A stretch of DNA of 64,000 nucleotides from Alphaproteobacteria bacterium (GTDB taxonomy: Bacteria > Pseudomonadota > Alphaproteobacteria > MPNO01 > UBA2964). Both the position numbers and the translations under genes were made by a program. Positions 40,691 to 53,088 of this stretch are shown in pieces. Within the stretch, counting starts at the first letter, position 1. Each line of letters opens with the position of its first letter. The stretch spans positions 99,881 to 163,880 of the forward strand of contig WLWZ01000004.1 in NCBI GenBank assembly GCA_012103315.1, written 5' to 3'. The notes under the pieces are model-generated. The model was not told where the DNA came from, did not search any database, and worked only from the letters and a program-made list of their open reading frames with translations.

Positions 40691-42238
40691 TTAGCTCGCG
40701 GCGATGATAAGCCCAACGGCGATAGCAGCGCCGGCCCACCACGGCCAGCGTGCCGATTGTCGGCGCCCTGTCATCTCACCGACCGTGTCGGGATGTAGCT
40801 TGAGGCCGTCGCGGGCCATGGTTGAAACACTGTCGCTCATATCAGTTATCAAGGTCGGGAGACGTTCGATCAGCTTACCAGCTTCCGACATGGCCTCAGC
40901 TGCTTTCGCTTCTGGCGATAGAGCGTCTTCCATCCAGTTCTCAATTAAGGGCCGCGCCAGTTCCCACATATTGGTGTCAGGATGCAAACGGCGTCCAACC
41001 CCTTCCGCGACGAGCATGGTTTTTTGCAAGAGCAGGAGCTGGGGCTGGGTCTGCATTTCAAACCGTTCGGTGATGGTGAACAGCTGCGCTAAAAGGCGGG
41101 CGAGAGATATGTCCTTTAAAGGCTGGCCCATGATCGGTTCTGCGATGGCGCGTGCTGCCTGCGCGAAGGCTTCCTCAGACTGAGTGGATGGCACGTAGCC
41201 CGCCCGGAAATGAACCGCAGCGACCTTGGCGTAATCGGCTGTCAGAAAACCAATCATCATTTCGGCGAGGTAATAACGAGTCTGTTTGTCGAGACGCCCC
41301 ATGATTCCGAAATCAACGGCCTGTATGGCCCCCACTTCATCCACCAGCAGATTGCCTGGATGGAGATCGGCATGGAAAAACCCATCCCGAAAAACCTGGA
41401 GAAAGAACGCTCGTGCCATATTGGCTACGAGTGTCTCGATATCGAGCCCGGCTTCTTCAAGCGTGGTGACTTCGTCAACCGGAACGCCTGACACTCGTTC
41501 TGAGGTGAGCACGCGTTTGCCGGTTCTGGTCCAGTCCATCTTTGGTACTTTAAACCGCGCGTCGCCGTCAAAGTTGGTCCGTAATTCATCGCCCGCAGCC
41601 GCCTCAAGCCGTAAATCCATTTCCATGGCGACAGATTCAGACAACGTTTTGATAACCTCGATGGGCCGTAATCGCCGAGCTTGCGGTATATGCCGCTCAA
41701 CGCCCTCGGCCAGCCAGTACAGGAGCTCCAGTTCTCGTGCAAAAGCCTCCTCGACGTCGGGCCGTAATATTTTGACCGCAACCGGTATGCCTTCAGTTGT
41801 TATGGCGAAATGGACCTGGGCAATAGAAGCGGCGGCGATGGCCTCTTCGTCGAATGAGGAAAACAGTTCGTCGAGTGGTCTGCCAAATTCATCTTCCACG
41901 GACTGCCGTGCTAGAGTCGTCGCGAAAGGTGGCAAGCTATCCTGCAAGGTTGCAAGATCATCGGCGATCTCCTCACCAACGAGATCAGAGCGAACCGACA
42001 AAGCCTGCCCCAGTTTAATGAAGCCGGGGCCGAGATTCTGTAGCGCCAGTGCCAGTTTTTCGCCGTTTCGTTTGTCGGCAAGGTCGGGCGTTGGCCGTGC
42101 CCCAATGGTGATGATCGCCATGCCGACTTTTACGAAGAATGGTGCATCGTTTTCTTCAAATAGAAATAAGGCTTCATATCTTGCGATCGTTCGTACGATC
42201 CCCGTGACGCGGCCGAGATTGCGAAGGGTACGAAGCAT
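40691..42238 (-). CDS. ubiB: Ubiquinone biosynthesis kinase-like protein
   Basis: LGP.FIKLGQ.LS.R.D, AAASIAQVH, FFHADLHPGN and DFGIMG motifs. Confidence 0.95.
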   Translation of the reverse strand: MLRTLRNLGRVTGIVRTIARYEALFLFEENDAPFFVKVGMAIITIGARPTPDLADKRNGEKLALALQNLGPGFIKLGQALSVRSDLVGEEIADDLATLQDSLPPFATTLARQSVEDEFGRPLDELFSSFDEEAIAAASIAQVHFAITTEGIPVAVKILRPDVEEAFARELELLYWLAEGVERHIPQARRLRPIEVIKTLSESVAMEMDLRLEAAAGDELRTNFDGDARFKVPKMDWTRTGKRVLTSERVSGVPVDEVTTLEEAGLDIETLVANMARAFFLQVFRDGFFHADLHPGNLLVDEVGAIQAVDFGIMGRLDKQTRYYLAEMMIGFLTADYAKVAAVHFRAGYVPSTQSEEAFAQAARAIAEPIMGQPLKDISLARLLAQLFTITERFEMQTQPQLLLLQKTMLVAEGVGRRLHPDTNMWELARPLIENWMEDALSPEAKAAEAMSEAGKLIERLPTLITDMSDSVSTMARDGLKLHPDTVGEMTGRRQSARWPWWAGAAIAVGLIIAAS

Positions 42239-42243
42239 GGGTT

Positions 42244-43038
42244 CTAGAGGCGCCAACCAGAATGAATAGCCACAATCCCACCTGACATCATGCGGTGCTG
42301 GATATTCCCGAATCCCGCAGCTTGCATTTCGGTTGTAAGGGCGTCCGGTTCCGGAAAACGGCGAATACTTTCAACCAAATACTCGTAGGCTTCCCGGTCA
42401 CCCGCAACATGCTCGCCAAGCCACGGGAGGATGCGGTTCGAATAAGTATCATATAAAGGTGCCAGAATTGGAGCGACGGCTGGCGAGAATTCCAGACAAA
42501 AGAAATGACCGCCAAAATCGAGAATCCGGTGCATTTCTTCAAGACCTGCGGCACGATCCGTGACATTTCTGAGCCCAAACGAGATTGTACATACGGCCGC
42601 TGAACGATCCTCAAGAGGTAGTTTTTCTGCTGGCGCTTCGACGAATTCGATGCCGTGCACATATCCTTTATCTATTGCCCTGGTTTGCGCGACCTTAAGC
42701 ATTGCGCCATTGGGGTCACAAATGATTGCCCGGCTCGTTGTATCATCGTTATCAGTTGCACTCTCTAACCGCTCAAGGAACCTGAATGTAACGTCGCCGG
42801 TGCCGCCCGCGACATCGACCAGTCGCATTTCCGGTTGAGGGTTGATCCAGTCGATCAAGGCCTGTTTCCAGAGGCGATGCAGGCCACCACTCATCAAGTC
42901 GTTCATGATGTCATAACGATCTGCGACCGACTCAAAGACACTGGAGACTAGTCCTGCGTGCTCTTCTCTGGGCACCCGCCGAAAACCGAAATTGGTTTCG
43001 TTGTCGCCCTCAACGCCATTTGTGGAACTATTTGCCAT
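42244..43038 (-). CDS. ubiE: Ubiquinone/menaquinone C-methyltransferase
   Basis: YDIMNDLMSGGLHRLWK, DVAGGTGD, FGLRNVT and YLVESIRRFP motifs. Confidence 0.96.
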   Translation of the reverse strand: MANSSTNGVEGDNETNFGFRRVPREEHAGLVSSVFESVADRYDIMNDLMSGGLHRLWKQALIDWINPQPEMRLVDVAGGTGDVTFRFLERLESATDNDDTTSRAIICDPNGAMLKVAQTRAIDKGYVHGIEFVEAPAEKLPLEDRSAAVCTISFGLRNVTDRAAGLEEMHRILDFGGHFFCLEFSPAVAPILAPLYDTYSNRILPWLGEHVAGDREAYEYLVESIRRFPEPDALTTEMQAAGFGNIQHRMMSGGIVAIHSGWRL

Positions 43039-43122
43039 GGAGCGACAATAGCCTAGCCGGAGATTTCGCGCTAGCTTTGGGGTACGATGAGGGCGATAGG
43101 ATTTAAGGAGGTAAGACGTACG

Positions 43123-43953
43123 ATGCCGGAGCTTCCAGAGGTTGAAACCGTTCGCCGGGGATTGGCGAAGGCCATGGAAGGCCGCAGGATTAATCAGGTG
43201 GTCGTGCGCCGTACAGACCTGCGGCGACCCTTGCCAGAGAACTTTGCCGAGGCCCTGACGGGACGAACAATTACGCAGCTTGATCGGCGCGCTAAATATT
43301 TGCTGATCCGTCTCGATGACGCGACCGTTGTGTTGGCACATCTAGGAATGTCGGGTCGTATGGTCATCGAACAGGGTACCGAGGTAGAAGTCCCCGCCCG
43401 GAAACATGAGCATATTGCTTTCGCGGTCGGAAATGGCACCGTCATTCGGTTCTCGGACCCACGCCGCTTTGGCCTCATGGATCTGTCAACTGAAGACGGG
43501 CTGGCGACCCACCCGTTGCTGGCCTCAATTGGTCCTGAGCCGTTGGGCGATGAATTTAGCGGGGCCTCTCTTGCGGCCCGCCTGAAAGGTCGCAAAACGC
43601 CGATTAAATCCGCGTTACTTGATCAACGCATTGTCGCTGGACTTGGCAATATTTATGTCTGCGAGGGGTTGTTTATAGCAGGGGTGTCGCCGCGGCGCAG
43701 TGCTCACACCGTTGGGTCTGCGCGCGCTGAACGGCTGGTGACTGCCACAAAACAGGTATTGCGGGATGCCATAAAGTCTGGCGGATCCACGTTGCGGGAT
43801 CATGTGACCGCGACCGGCGAGATGGGATATTTTCAGCACAATTTTAAAGTCTATGGACGAGAGGGCGAACCATGCCCAACTTGTAGCAAACCGGTTCAGC
43901 GCATCGTACAGGCTGGTCGGTCAAGTTTCTTCCGTGCAAGCTGCCAACGCTGA
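43123..43953 (+). CDS. mutM: Formamidopyrimidine-DNA glycosylase (atypical zinc finger)
   Basis: MPELPEVET, HLGMSG, DPRRFG and GLGNIY motifs; AAGGAGG RBS. Confidence 0.96.
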   Translation: MPELPEVETVRRGLAKAMEGRRINQVVVRRTDLRRPLPENFAEALTGRTITQLDRRAKYLLIRLDDATVVLAHLGMSGRMVIEQGTEVEVPARKHEHIAFAVGNGTVIRFSDPRRFGLMDLSTEDGLATHPLLASIGPEPLGDEFSGASLAARLKGRKTPIKSALLDQRIVAGLGNIYVCEGLFIAGVSPRRSAHTVGSARAERLVTATKQVLRDAIKSGGSTLRDHVTATGEMGYFQHNFKVYGREGEPCPTCSKPVQRIVQAGRSSFFRASCQR

Positions 43954-43967
43954 GGTAAATCGCGTCC

Positions 43968-44369
43968 ATGATAATTACTATTTCCCCTAAAAACAATTTT
44001 GCCTTGTTGCCTGTATTGGCGGTGTTATTTGCGCTGGCAGCCTTTAATGGTGGAAAAGTGATTGCCGCAGAAGGTTTTCTGTCGGTCATTGATGATTTGC
44101 CTCTTATGGAGGGGCTTGCGGAGGTCAAAGGGTCAGCTTTGGTCTTCTCAACACCCCAGGGCAGGATCGCTGAAGTGTCTGCAAAAGGCATATCTGGTGC
44201 GGCAACGCAGCCGAAAAAAGTCCTTGCGTTTTATGTCCGCACGCTGCCGCAGCTTGGGTGGAAAGCTGCCGGTGCCACAAGCTGGGTACGCGAGGGGGAG
44301 AGGCTCCGCCTAGCTGTACTCGTTAAAAAGGGCGTGCTGACGGCTCAGTTCTCCCTAACACCTAACTAA
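43968..44369 (+). CDS. Hypothetical exported protein
   Basis: Signal peptide; DLPLM.GL.E, F.TP.GRI.E and FY..TLPQLGW motifs. Confidence 0.7.
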   Translation: MIITISPKNNFALLPVLAVLFALAAFNGGKVIAAEGFLSVIDDLPLMEGLAEVKGSALVFSTPQGRIAEVSAKGISGAATQPKKVLAFYVRTLPQLGWKAAGATSWVREGERLRLAVLVKKGVLTAQFSLTPN

Positions 44370-44393
44370 AGATCAAATTTACAAGGACGACTC

Positions 44394-45173
44394 GTGATGA
44401 GCTATGAAACAATTATCGTGGAAATTCGTGACAATGTTGGGTTGATAACCTTCAACCGGCCGGATGCGTTAAACGCCCTCTCCACGGCTCTCGTGGGTGA
44501 ATTGGCGGATGCTTTGCAGGCTTTGGAGAAGAACGATGATGTCGGCGCCATTGTGTTGACGGGTTCGGAAAAAGCCTTTGCAGCGGGTGCTGATATCAAA
44601 GAAATGCAGTCAAAATCCTGGCCGGATACCTATGTAGATGATTTTATCACGGATGGCTGGGAACAAGTTGCGGCGTGCCGCAAGCCTATTATTGCTGCCG
44701 TGGCGGGGTTTGCGCTGGGCGGCGGCTGCGAGATCGCGATGATGTGTGATTTTATCCTCGCTGCGGAGACGGCACAGTTTGGCCAACCGGAGATCAAGAT
44801 TGGCGTTTGGCCTGGCGCAGGTGGCTCACAGAGACTGACCCGGCTAGTCGGCAAGTCAAAATCCATGGAGATGTGCCTGACTGGCCGTATGATGGGCGCT
44901 GAAGAGGCTGAAAGAGCTGGTTTGGTGAGCCGCATCGTTCCAGCAACGGAACTGGTTGACGATGCGGTATCGACAGCCCAAAAAATCGCTGCCATGTCGC
45001 GTCCAGCGACGATGATGGTCAAAGACGTAGTGAACCGTGCTTATGAGACGACATTGGCCGAAGGGGTGCGGTATGAAAGGCGAATGTTCCAGGCCTCATT
45101 TGGCACGCCAGATCAACGCGAAGGCATGGCGGCCTTTGTCGAAAAACGAAAGCCCGAATTTGGGAAATCATGA
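44394..45173 (+). CDS. Enoyl-CoA hydratase
   Basis: AFAAGADIKEM, ALGGGCE and FGQPEI motifs. Confidence 0.93.
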   Translation: MMSYETIIVEIRDNVGLITFNRPDALNALSTALVGELADALQALEKNDDVGAIVLTGSEKAFAAGADIKEMQSKSWPDTYVDDFITDGWEQVAACRKPIIAAVAGFALGGGCEIAMMCDFILAAETAQFGQPEIKIGVWPGAGGSQRLTRLVGKSKSMEMCLTGRMMGAEEAERAGLVSRIVPATELVDDAVSTAQKIAAMSRPATMMVKDVVNRAYETTLAEGVRYERRMFQASFGTPDQREGMAAFVEKRKPEFGKS

Positions 45174-45272
45174 ACGCCAAATAAACCTGAAGATAAGCTT
45201 GCTAAACGCTTGACGGGAAAGGTGTCGCGCTATACAAACCCGGACCGCTGCAAGTGAGCAGGATTGAAAGAT

Positions 45273-45536
45273 ATGGCTAATACAAGTTCCGCAAAAAAGC
45301 GCGTTCGTCAGAACGAACGACGGACAGAACGCAACCGTGACCGGCGTAGCCGGATTCGGAGCGCTGTAAAAGAAGTTGAAACGGCAATTGATGCGGGTGA
45401 CCGCGCTGCTGCTGAAGTAGCATTTAAGGTTGCAGAGCCTGAATTGATGCGTGGTGTTACCAAGGGCATCATGGAAAAGAACACGGCATCGCGCAAAGTA
45501 TCGCGTTTGTCCGCCCGGGTTAACGCCCTCACCTGA
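45273..45536 (+). CDS. rpsT: 30S ribosomal protein S20
   Basis: [13 protein letters not shown] and [11 protein letters not shown] motifs. Confidence 0.97.
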   Translation: MANTSSAKKRVRQNERRTERNRDRRSRIRSAVKEVETAIDAGDRAAAEVAFKVAEPELMRGVTKGIMEKNTASRKVSRLSARVNALT

Positions 45537-45565
45537 TTTTCTCTCATTTGAGAGACTGAAATTGG

Positions 45566-45598
45566 AAGCCGTACCAGGTCAGCCTGGTGCGGTTTTTT
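45566..45598 (+). terminator. Rho-independent terminator after rpsT
   Basis: GCCGTACCAGG-TCAG-CCTGGTGCGGT plus a T-run. Confidence 0.75.
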
Positions 45599-46038
45599 GA
45601 TTCCGGCTTTTCTGCGTTTGAGAGACATAGCGCGCGTCAATACCCCAGAAACTTAGGGTTTTCGCGCAAGTCCTTGACTCCATGACCGGATTCGGCTGCC
45701 GCTTATTTGTCAATAAAATTTTTTACATTTTTGTGACGAGAGCCGCTTGCTATCCGCACCGGGCCCAATTAGATTTGCAATCAGTATCGGAACGGATACA
45801 GAAGAATTTAAGTAAAAAATGCCTGTTTTCTTTCTAAATTAAGTAATGGATTAGGTTGTTATAATAATAAAATTGTTTCGTTTTCAATCTAATCCTAGTT
45901 CTGGGTTGGCGCCCAAATAAAGGCAGGGAGTCTAGAAGCACAAAATTTATGGACACATTTCGATTCCGCCGATGCCGGGATCGAAGATTTCCGCTTCTAA
46001 GTGAACTGTATAAGTAACGCGATCCGCTATTTCGTGGA

Positions 46039-47463
46039 TTGTTTGGGGGACTGGGGACAAGAAGTATGCCGGGACCAAGGCTCGACCCGAAGATTACGGC
46101 TCAATGGGCAAGAGTGCGTGGGCTGTTAAGATCGGAAGTTGGTGATGCGTCTTACCGTAGCTGGCTGAAGCCACTAACGCTGGTTTCCGTTATTGACGGA
46201 ACAGCGAAGATCGCTGTGCCGACGCGATTTATGCGCGACTGGGTTGTGAGCCATTATGGCGACAGGTTGCGTGAGTTGTGGGTCGGTGAAAACGCGACCG
46301 TTGACGTTATTGATGTCTTTGTGCAGACGCCAACGACCCGGCCCTTGAACCGACCGGCTGAAAAGCCCGCTACTGATCAACAGCTCAACGGATCTACCCA
46401 ATTCGCACCAGCAAACGGTGTCGCTGAGACGCGGCCTGAGATAAGCGCGCCGATTGATCCCCGTTTCACGTTTTCGAATTTTGTCGTTGGTAAACCCAAT
46501 GAGCTGGCCTATGCAGCGGCACGGCGGGTTGCGGACTCTGAGGACGCAGCCTTCAACCCGTTATTTCTTTATGGCGGTGTTGGTCTCGGTAAAACGCATC
46601 TTATGCATGCAATTGCTAATCATACGCGCGCGAAATTTCCTGAGCGGCGGGTGGTCTATCTTTCTGCAGAAAAATTTATGTTCCACTTTATCCGGGCCTT
46701 GCGGTTCAAGGATACCGTCGCTTTCAAGGAACAGTTTCGGTCAGTTGACCTGCTGATGATTGATGATGTGCAATTTATCAATGGCAAGGAAGCCACGCAG
46801 GAAGAGTTTTTCCATACATTCAATGACCTGGTTGATAACAACCGACAAGTTGTGATCTCAGCTGACAAGTCGCCATCGGATTTGGAAGGTATGGAAGAAC
46901 GGCTGCGCTCACGGCTTGGCTGGGGCCTGGTCGCCGATATTCATGCGACGAGTTTTGAGCTGCGGCTTGGTATTCTCGACGTTAAGTCCGAGCGACTGGG
47001 TGTCGAGATTCCGGTGAAGGTTAAAGAATTCCTCTCGCACCGTATTACATCGAACGTGCGTGAGCTTGAGGGCGCCCTCAACAGGGTTGTTGCCCATGCT
47101 GAGCTGGTGGGTCGCGAAATTACCCTCGAGACTTGCCAGGAGGTCCTCCACGACATCCTAAGGGCAAACGATCGGCGGGTAACGATTGAAGAAATTCAAA
47201 AGCGCGTTTCAGAGCATTTCAATATCCGAATTGCCGATATGCATTCCGCCCGTCGCGCCCGTGCGGTGGCACGCCCGCGGCAGGTTGCGATGTATCTTGC
47301 AAAGCAGTTGACGTCACGGTCTCTGCCCGAAATTGGCCGGAAATTCGGTGGTCGGGACCACACTACCGTGATGCATGCGGTCAAGAAGGTCGAAGAGTTG
47401 CGGCAAACAGATTCGGCATTCTGTGAAGATGTTGATCTCCTGCGGCGTATGCTGGAAGGGTAA
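46039..47463 (+). CDS. dnaA: Chromosomal replication initiator
   Basis: FNPLFLYGGVGLGKTHL, DDVQF and RDHTTVMHA motifs; start TTG 46039 or ATG 46066. Confidence 0.98.
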   Translation: MFGGLGTRSMPGPRLDPKITAQWARVRGLLRSEVGDASYRSWLKPLTLVSVIDGTAKIAVPTRFMRDWVVSHYGDRLRELWVGENATVDVIDVFVQTPTTRPLNRPAEKPATDQQLNGSTQFAPANGVAETRPEISAPIDPRFTFSNFVVGKPNELAYAAARRVADSEDAAFNPLFLYGGVGLGKTHLMHAIANHTRAKFPERRVVYLSAEKFMFHFIRALRFKDTVAFKEQFRSVDLLMIDDVQFINGKEATQEEFFHTFNDLVDNNRQVVISADKSPSDLEGMEERLRSRLGWGLVADIHATSFELRLGILDVKSERLGVEIPVKVKEFLSHRITSNVRELEGALNRVVAHAELVGREITLETCQEVLHDILRANDRRVTIEEIQKRVSEHFNIRIADMHSARRARAVARPRQVAMYLAKQLTSRSLPEIGRKFGGRDHTTVMHAVKKVEELRQTDSAFCEDVDLLRRMLEG

Positions 47464-47485
47464 CCGCAGTTTTCTGCGGTTTTTT
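47462..47485 (+). terminator. Terminator-like hairpin after dnaA
   Basis: AACCGCAG-TTTT-CTGCGGTT plus a T-run. Confidence 0.7.
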
Positions 47486-47627
47486 ATAGATTTAATCTAG
47501 TTCTTTTTGGGTATCTAAACCCGTGCGGCGAGTCAGCTGAAATGCTATAATTCAGGCTGACTGCAAGCTGTTGCAGGCGGCTAAGATAAGCCGGTGTTTT
47601 TTATTCTTATGAGAACCATGTGACGCC

Positions 47628-48749
47628 ATGAAGTTTACGATTGATCGCGGTGCTTTGTTAAAGGCATTAACCCATGTCCAGAGCGTAGTTGAACGCCGGA
47701 ATACCATCCCAATTTTGTCAAATATTCTGATGCGTGCCGACGACGGCGCCGTCGAATTATCAGCGACCGATATGGATATCGCCGTCGTTGAAAAGATTTC
47801 AGCGGATGTCAGCCAGCAGGGCGCGACGACTGTCCCCGCGCACACATTATTTGATATCGTGCGCAAGCTGGAAGACGGTTCGCAGATTGAACTTGGCGGT
47901 GGCTCGGAAGAAGGTCAGATGGCTATGCGCTCCGGGCGCTCTACTTTGAAATTGGCAACACTTGCCAGTGAAGATTTTCCGGCAATGACCGACGACGATA
48001 TGCCACACAGCTTTACGCTGGAAGCGGCAGCATTGCGGTCCTTAATAGATCGCACCCGATTTGCGATCTCGACCGAAGAAACACGGTATTACCTGAACGG
48101 CATCTATCTGCACGCTGCTGAAGGCGATGAGGGTGGGACAGTCTTACGAGCTGTAGCGACAGATGGACACCGGCTGGCGCGGATGGAAATACCGGTGCCT
48201 GCAGGCGCTGAAGGAATTCCGGGGGTAATTGTGCCGCGCAAAACGGTCAATGAGCTACGAAAACTTATCGATGAGACAGAAGATGACATTGCCATCATGA
48301 TGTCCGATACAAAGATTAGATTTGCGGTGGATCAAATTGTTCTCAGCTCTAAGCTGATTGATGGCACTTTCCCTGATTATGATCGGGTTATCCCGGAAGC
48401 GAATGATAAATTTCTTGAAGTGAGCTGCAATCGCTTTGAACGGGCTGTCGATTTGGTCTCAACAATTTCCACGGAAAAATCTCGAGCAATCAAGCTAAGC
48501 TTAGGGGCCAATAGCTTGGTACTTTCAGCGACCAGCCCCGATGCCGGTAGTGCTACTGAGGAGCTGGAAGTCGAGTATGATGACGGCGATCTCGAAATTG
48601 GCTTTAATTCTCGCTATCTGCTCGATATTACCCAGCAGATACAGGGTGATAAGGCACGCTTTGCACTCTCCGACGCGGCCTCACCGACGCTTGTTAAAGA
48701 CCTTGAAGATGAGAACGCGCTTTATGTCCTGATGCCGATGCGCGTTTAA
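47628..48749 (+). CDS. dnaN: DNA polymerase III beta clamp
   Basis: VERRNTIPILSN, ATDGHRL and YVLMPMRV motifs. Confidence 0.98.
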   Translation: MKFTIDRGALLKALTHVQSVVERRNTIPILSNILMRADDGAVELSATDMDIAVVEKISADVSQQGATTVPAHTLFDIVRKLEDGSQIELGGGSEEGQMAMRSGRSTLKLATLASEDFPAMTDDDMPHSFTLEAAALRSLIDRTRFAISTEETRYYLNGIYLHAAEGDEGGTVLRAVATDGHRLARMEIPVPAGAEGIPGVIVPRKTVNELRKLIDETEDDIAIMMSDTKIRFAVDQIVLSSKLIDGTFPDYDRVIPEANDKFLEVSCNRFERAVDLVSTISTEKSRAIKLSLGANSLVLSATSPDAGSATEELEVEYDDGDLEIGFNSRYLLDITQQIQGDKARFALSDAASPTLVKDLEDENALYVLMPMRV

Positions 48750-48808
48750 AGGCGGGCCCCCTGTCTACTTCGCAACCCGTTTTCCAAAATGATGTTCAAG
48801 CCGCGTCA

Positions 48809-52443
<3,635 letters not shown>

Positions 52444-52463
52444 TATTTGACTTAAAAGCGCGG

Positions 52464-52976
52464 CTATTCCGATAGGCGGCGAAAACTATCGCCGAGGGCG
52501 GCACAAAGGACGACATCTGAAAGTTCGGGTGCCATCGTCTTATAAAACTTCCGCGCTTTTTTATTGCGTTTGAGGACAGACCAAAACATCCACTCCCCCT
52601 TTAAGTTCTTACAGGCGCGCGCGGTTCCTTGCATCAGAGCTCGCCCAACGCCGCGGCGTCGCCAAGCCTGATCGACATAGAGGTCTGATAGATACACACC
52701 GCGTGTGGCCCGATCTGTATCGTAGCCGGAAAAATAGAGGGCATATCCAACAATTCTGCTATCGATCTCCGCTACCAATGCCGAAAATGCTGGGGTCTCG
52801 CCGAACCCGTCTCGCCGATAACTTTCTTCCGTCAGCCGTGACGGGCGGCCGCCATCAGCGATACTCAAAGATTGCGCTAGGCGTACGATTTCTGGCGCGT
52901 CAGCCGGTGTTGCTGCGCGAACGATAACCGACGAAAGCGTTTCTGCTGATTCCTTTGATTTCGAAAATAGCCCCAT
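52464..52976 (-). CDS. GNAT N-acetyltransferase (spermidine/diamine acetyltransferase-like)
   Basis: YLSDLYV...RRRGVGRALM and W.V...N..A..FY motifs. Confidence 0.85.
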   Translation of the reverse strand: MGLFSKSKESAETLSSVIVRAATPADAPEIVRLAQSLSIADGGRPSRLTEESYRRDGFGETPAFSALVAEIDSRIVGYALYFSGYDTDRATRGVYLSDLYVDQAWRRRGVGRALMQGTARACKNLKGEWMFWSVLKRNKKARKFYKTMAPELSDVVLCAALGDSFRRLSE

Positions 52977-53088
52977 GGGTCGATGATGCCTGTCGATTCC
53001 TGTAATTACGTATAAATTGAACGATCAACGGATCAGTGTCACATCAAAATCACTTTTTGTGAATCGGTGACATGCCCAAGATAGGCGA

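Noticed and set aside
41286-42269. 327-aa ORF antisense to ubiB
   Set aside because: Ser/Arg-rich shadow-frame composition, almost entirely overlapping ubiB.
45700-45960. oriC upstream of dnaA
   Set aside because: AT-rich, but I found no convincing DnaA-box cluster. Alphaproteobacterial origins are often elsewhere (near hemE).
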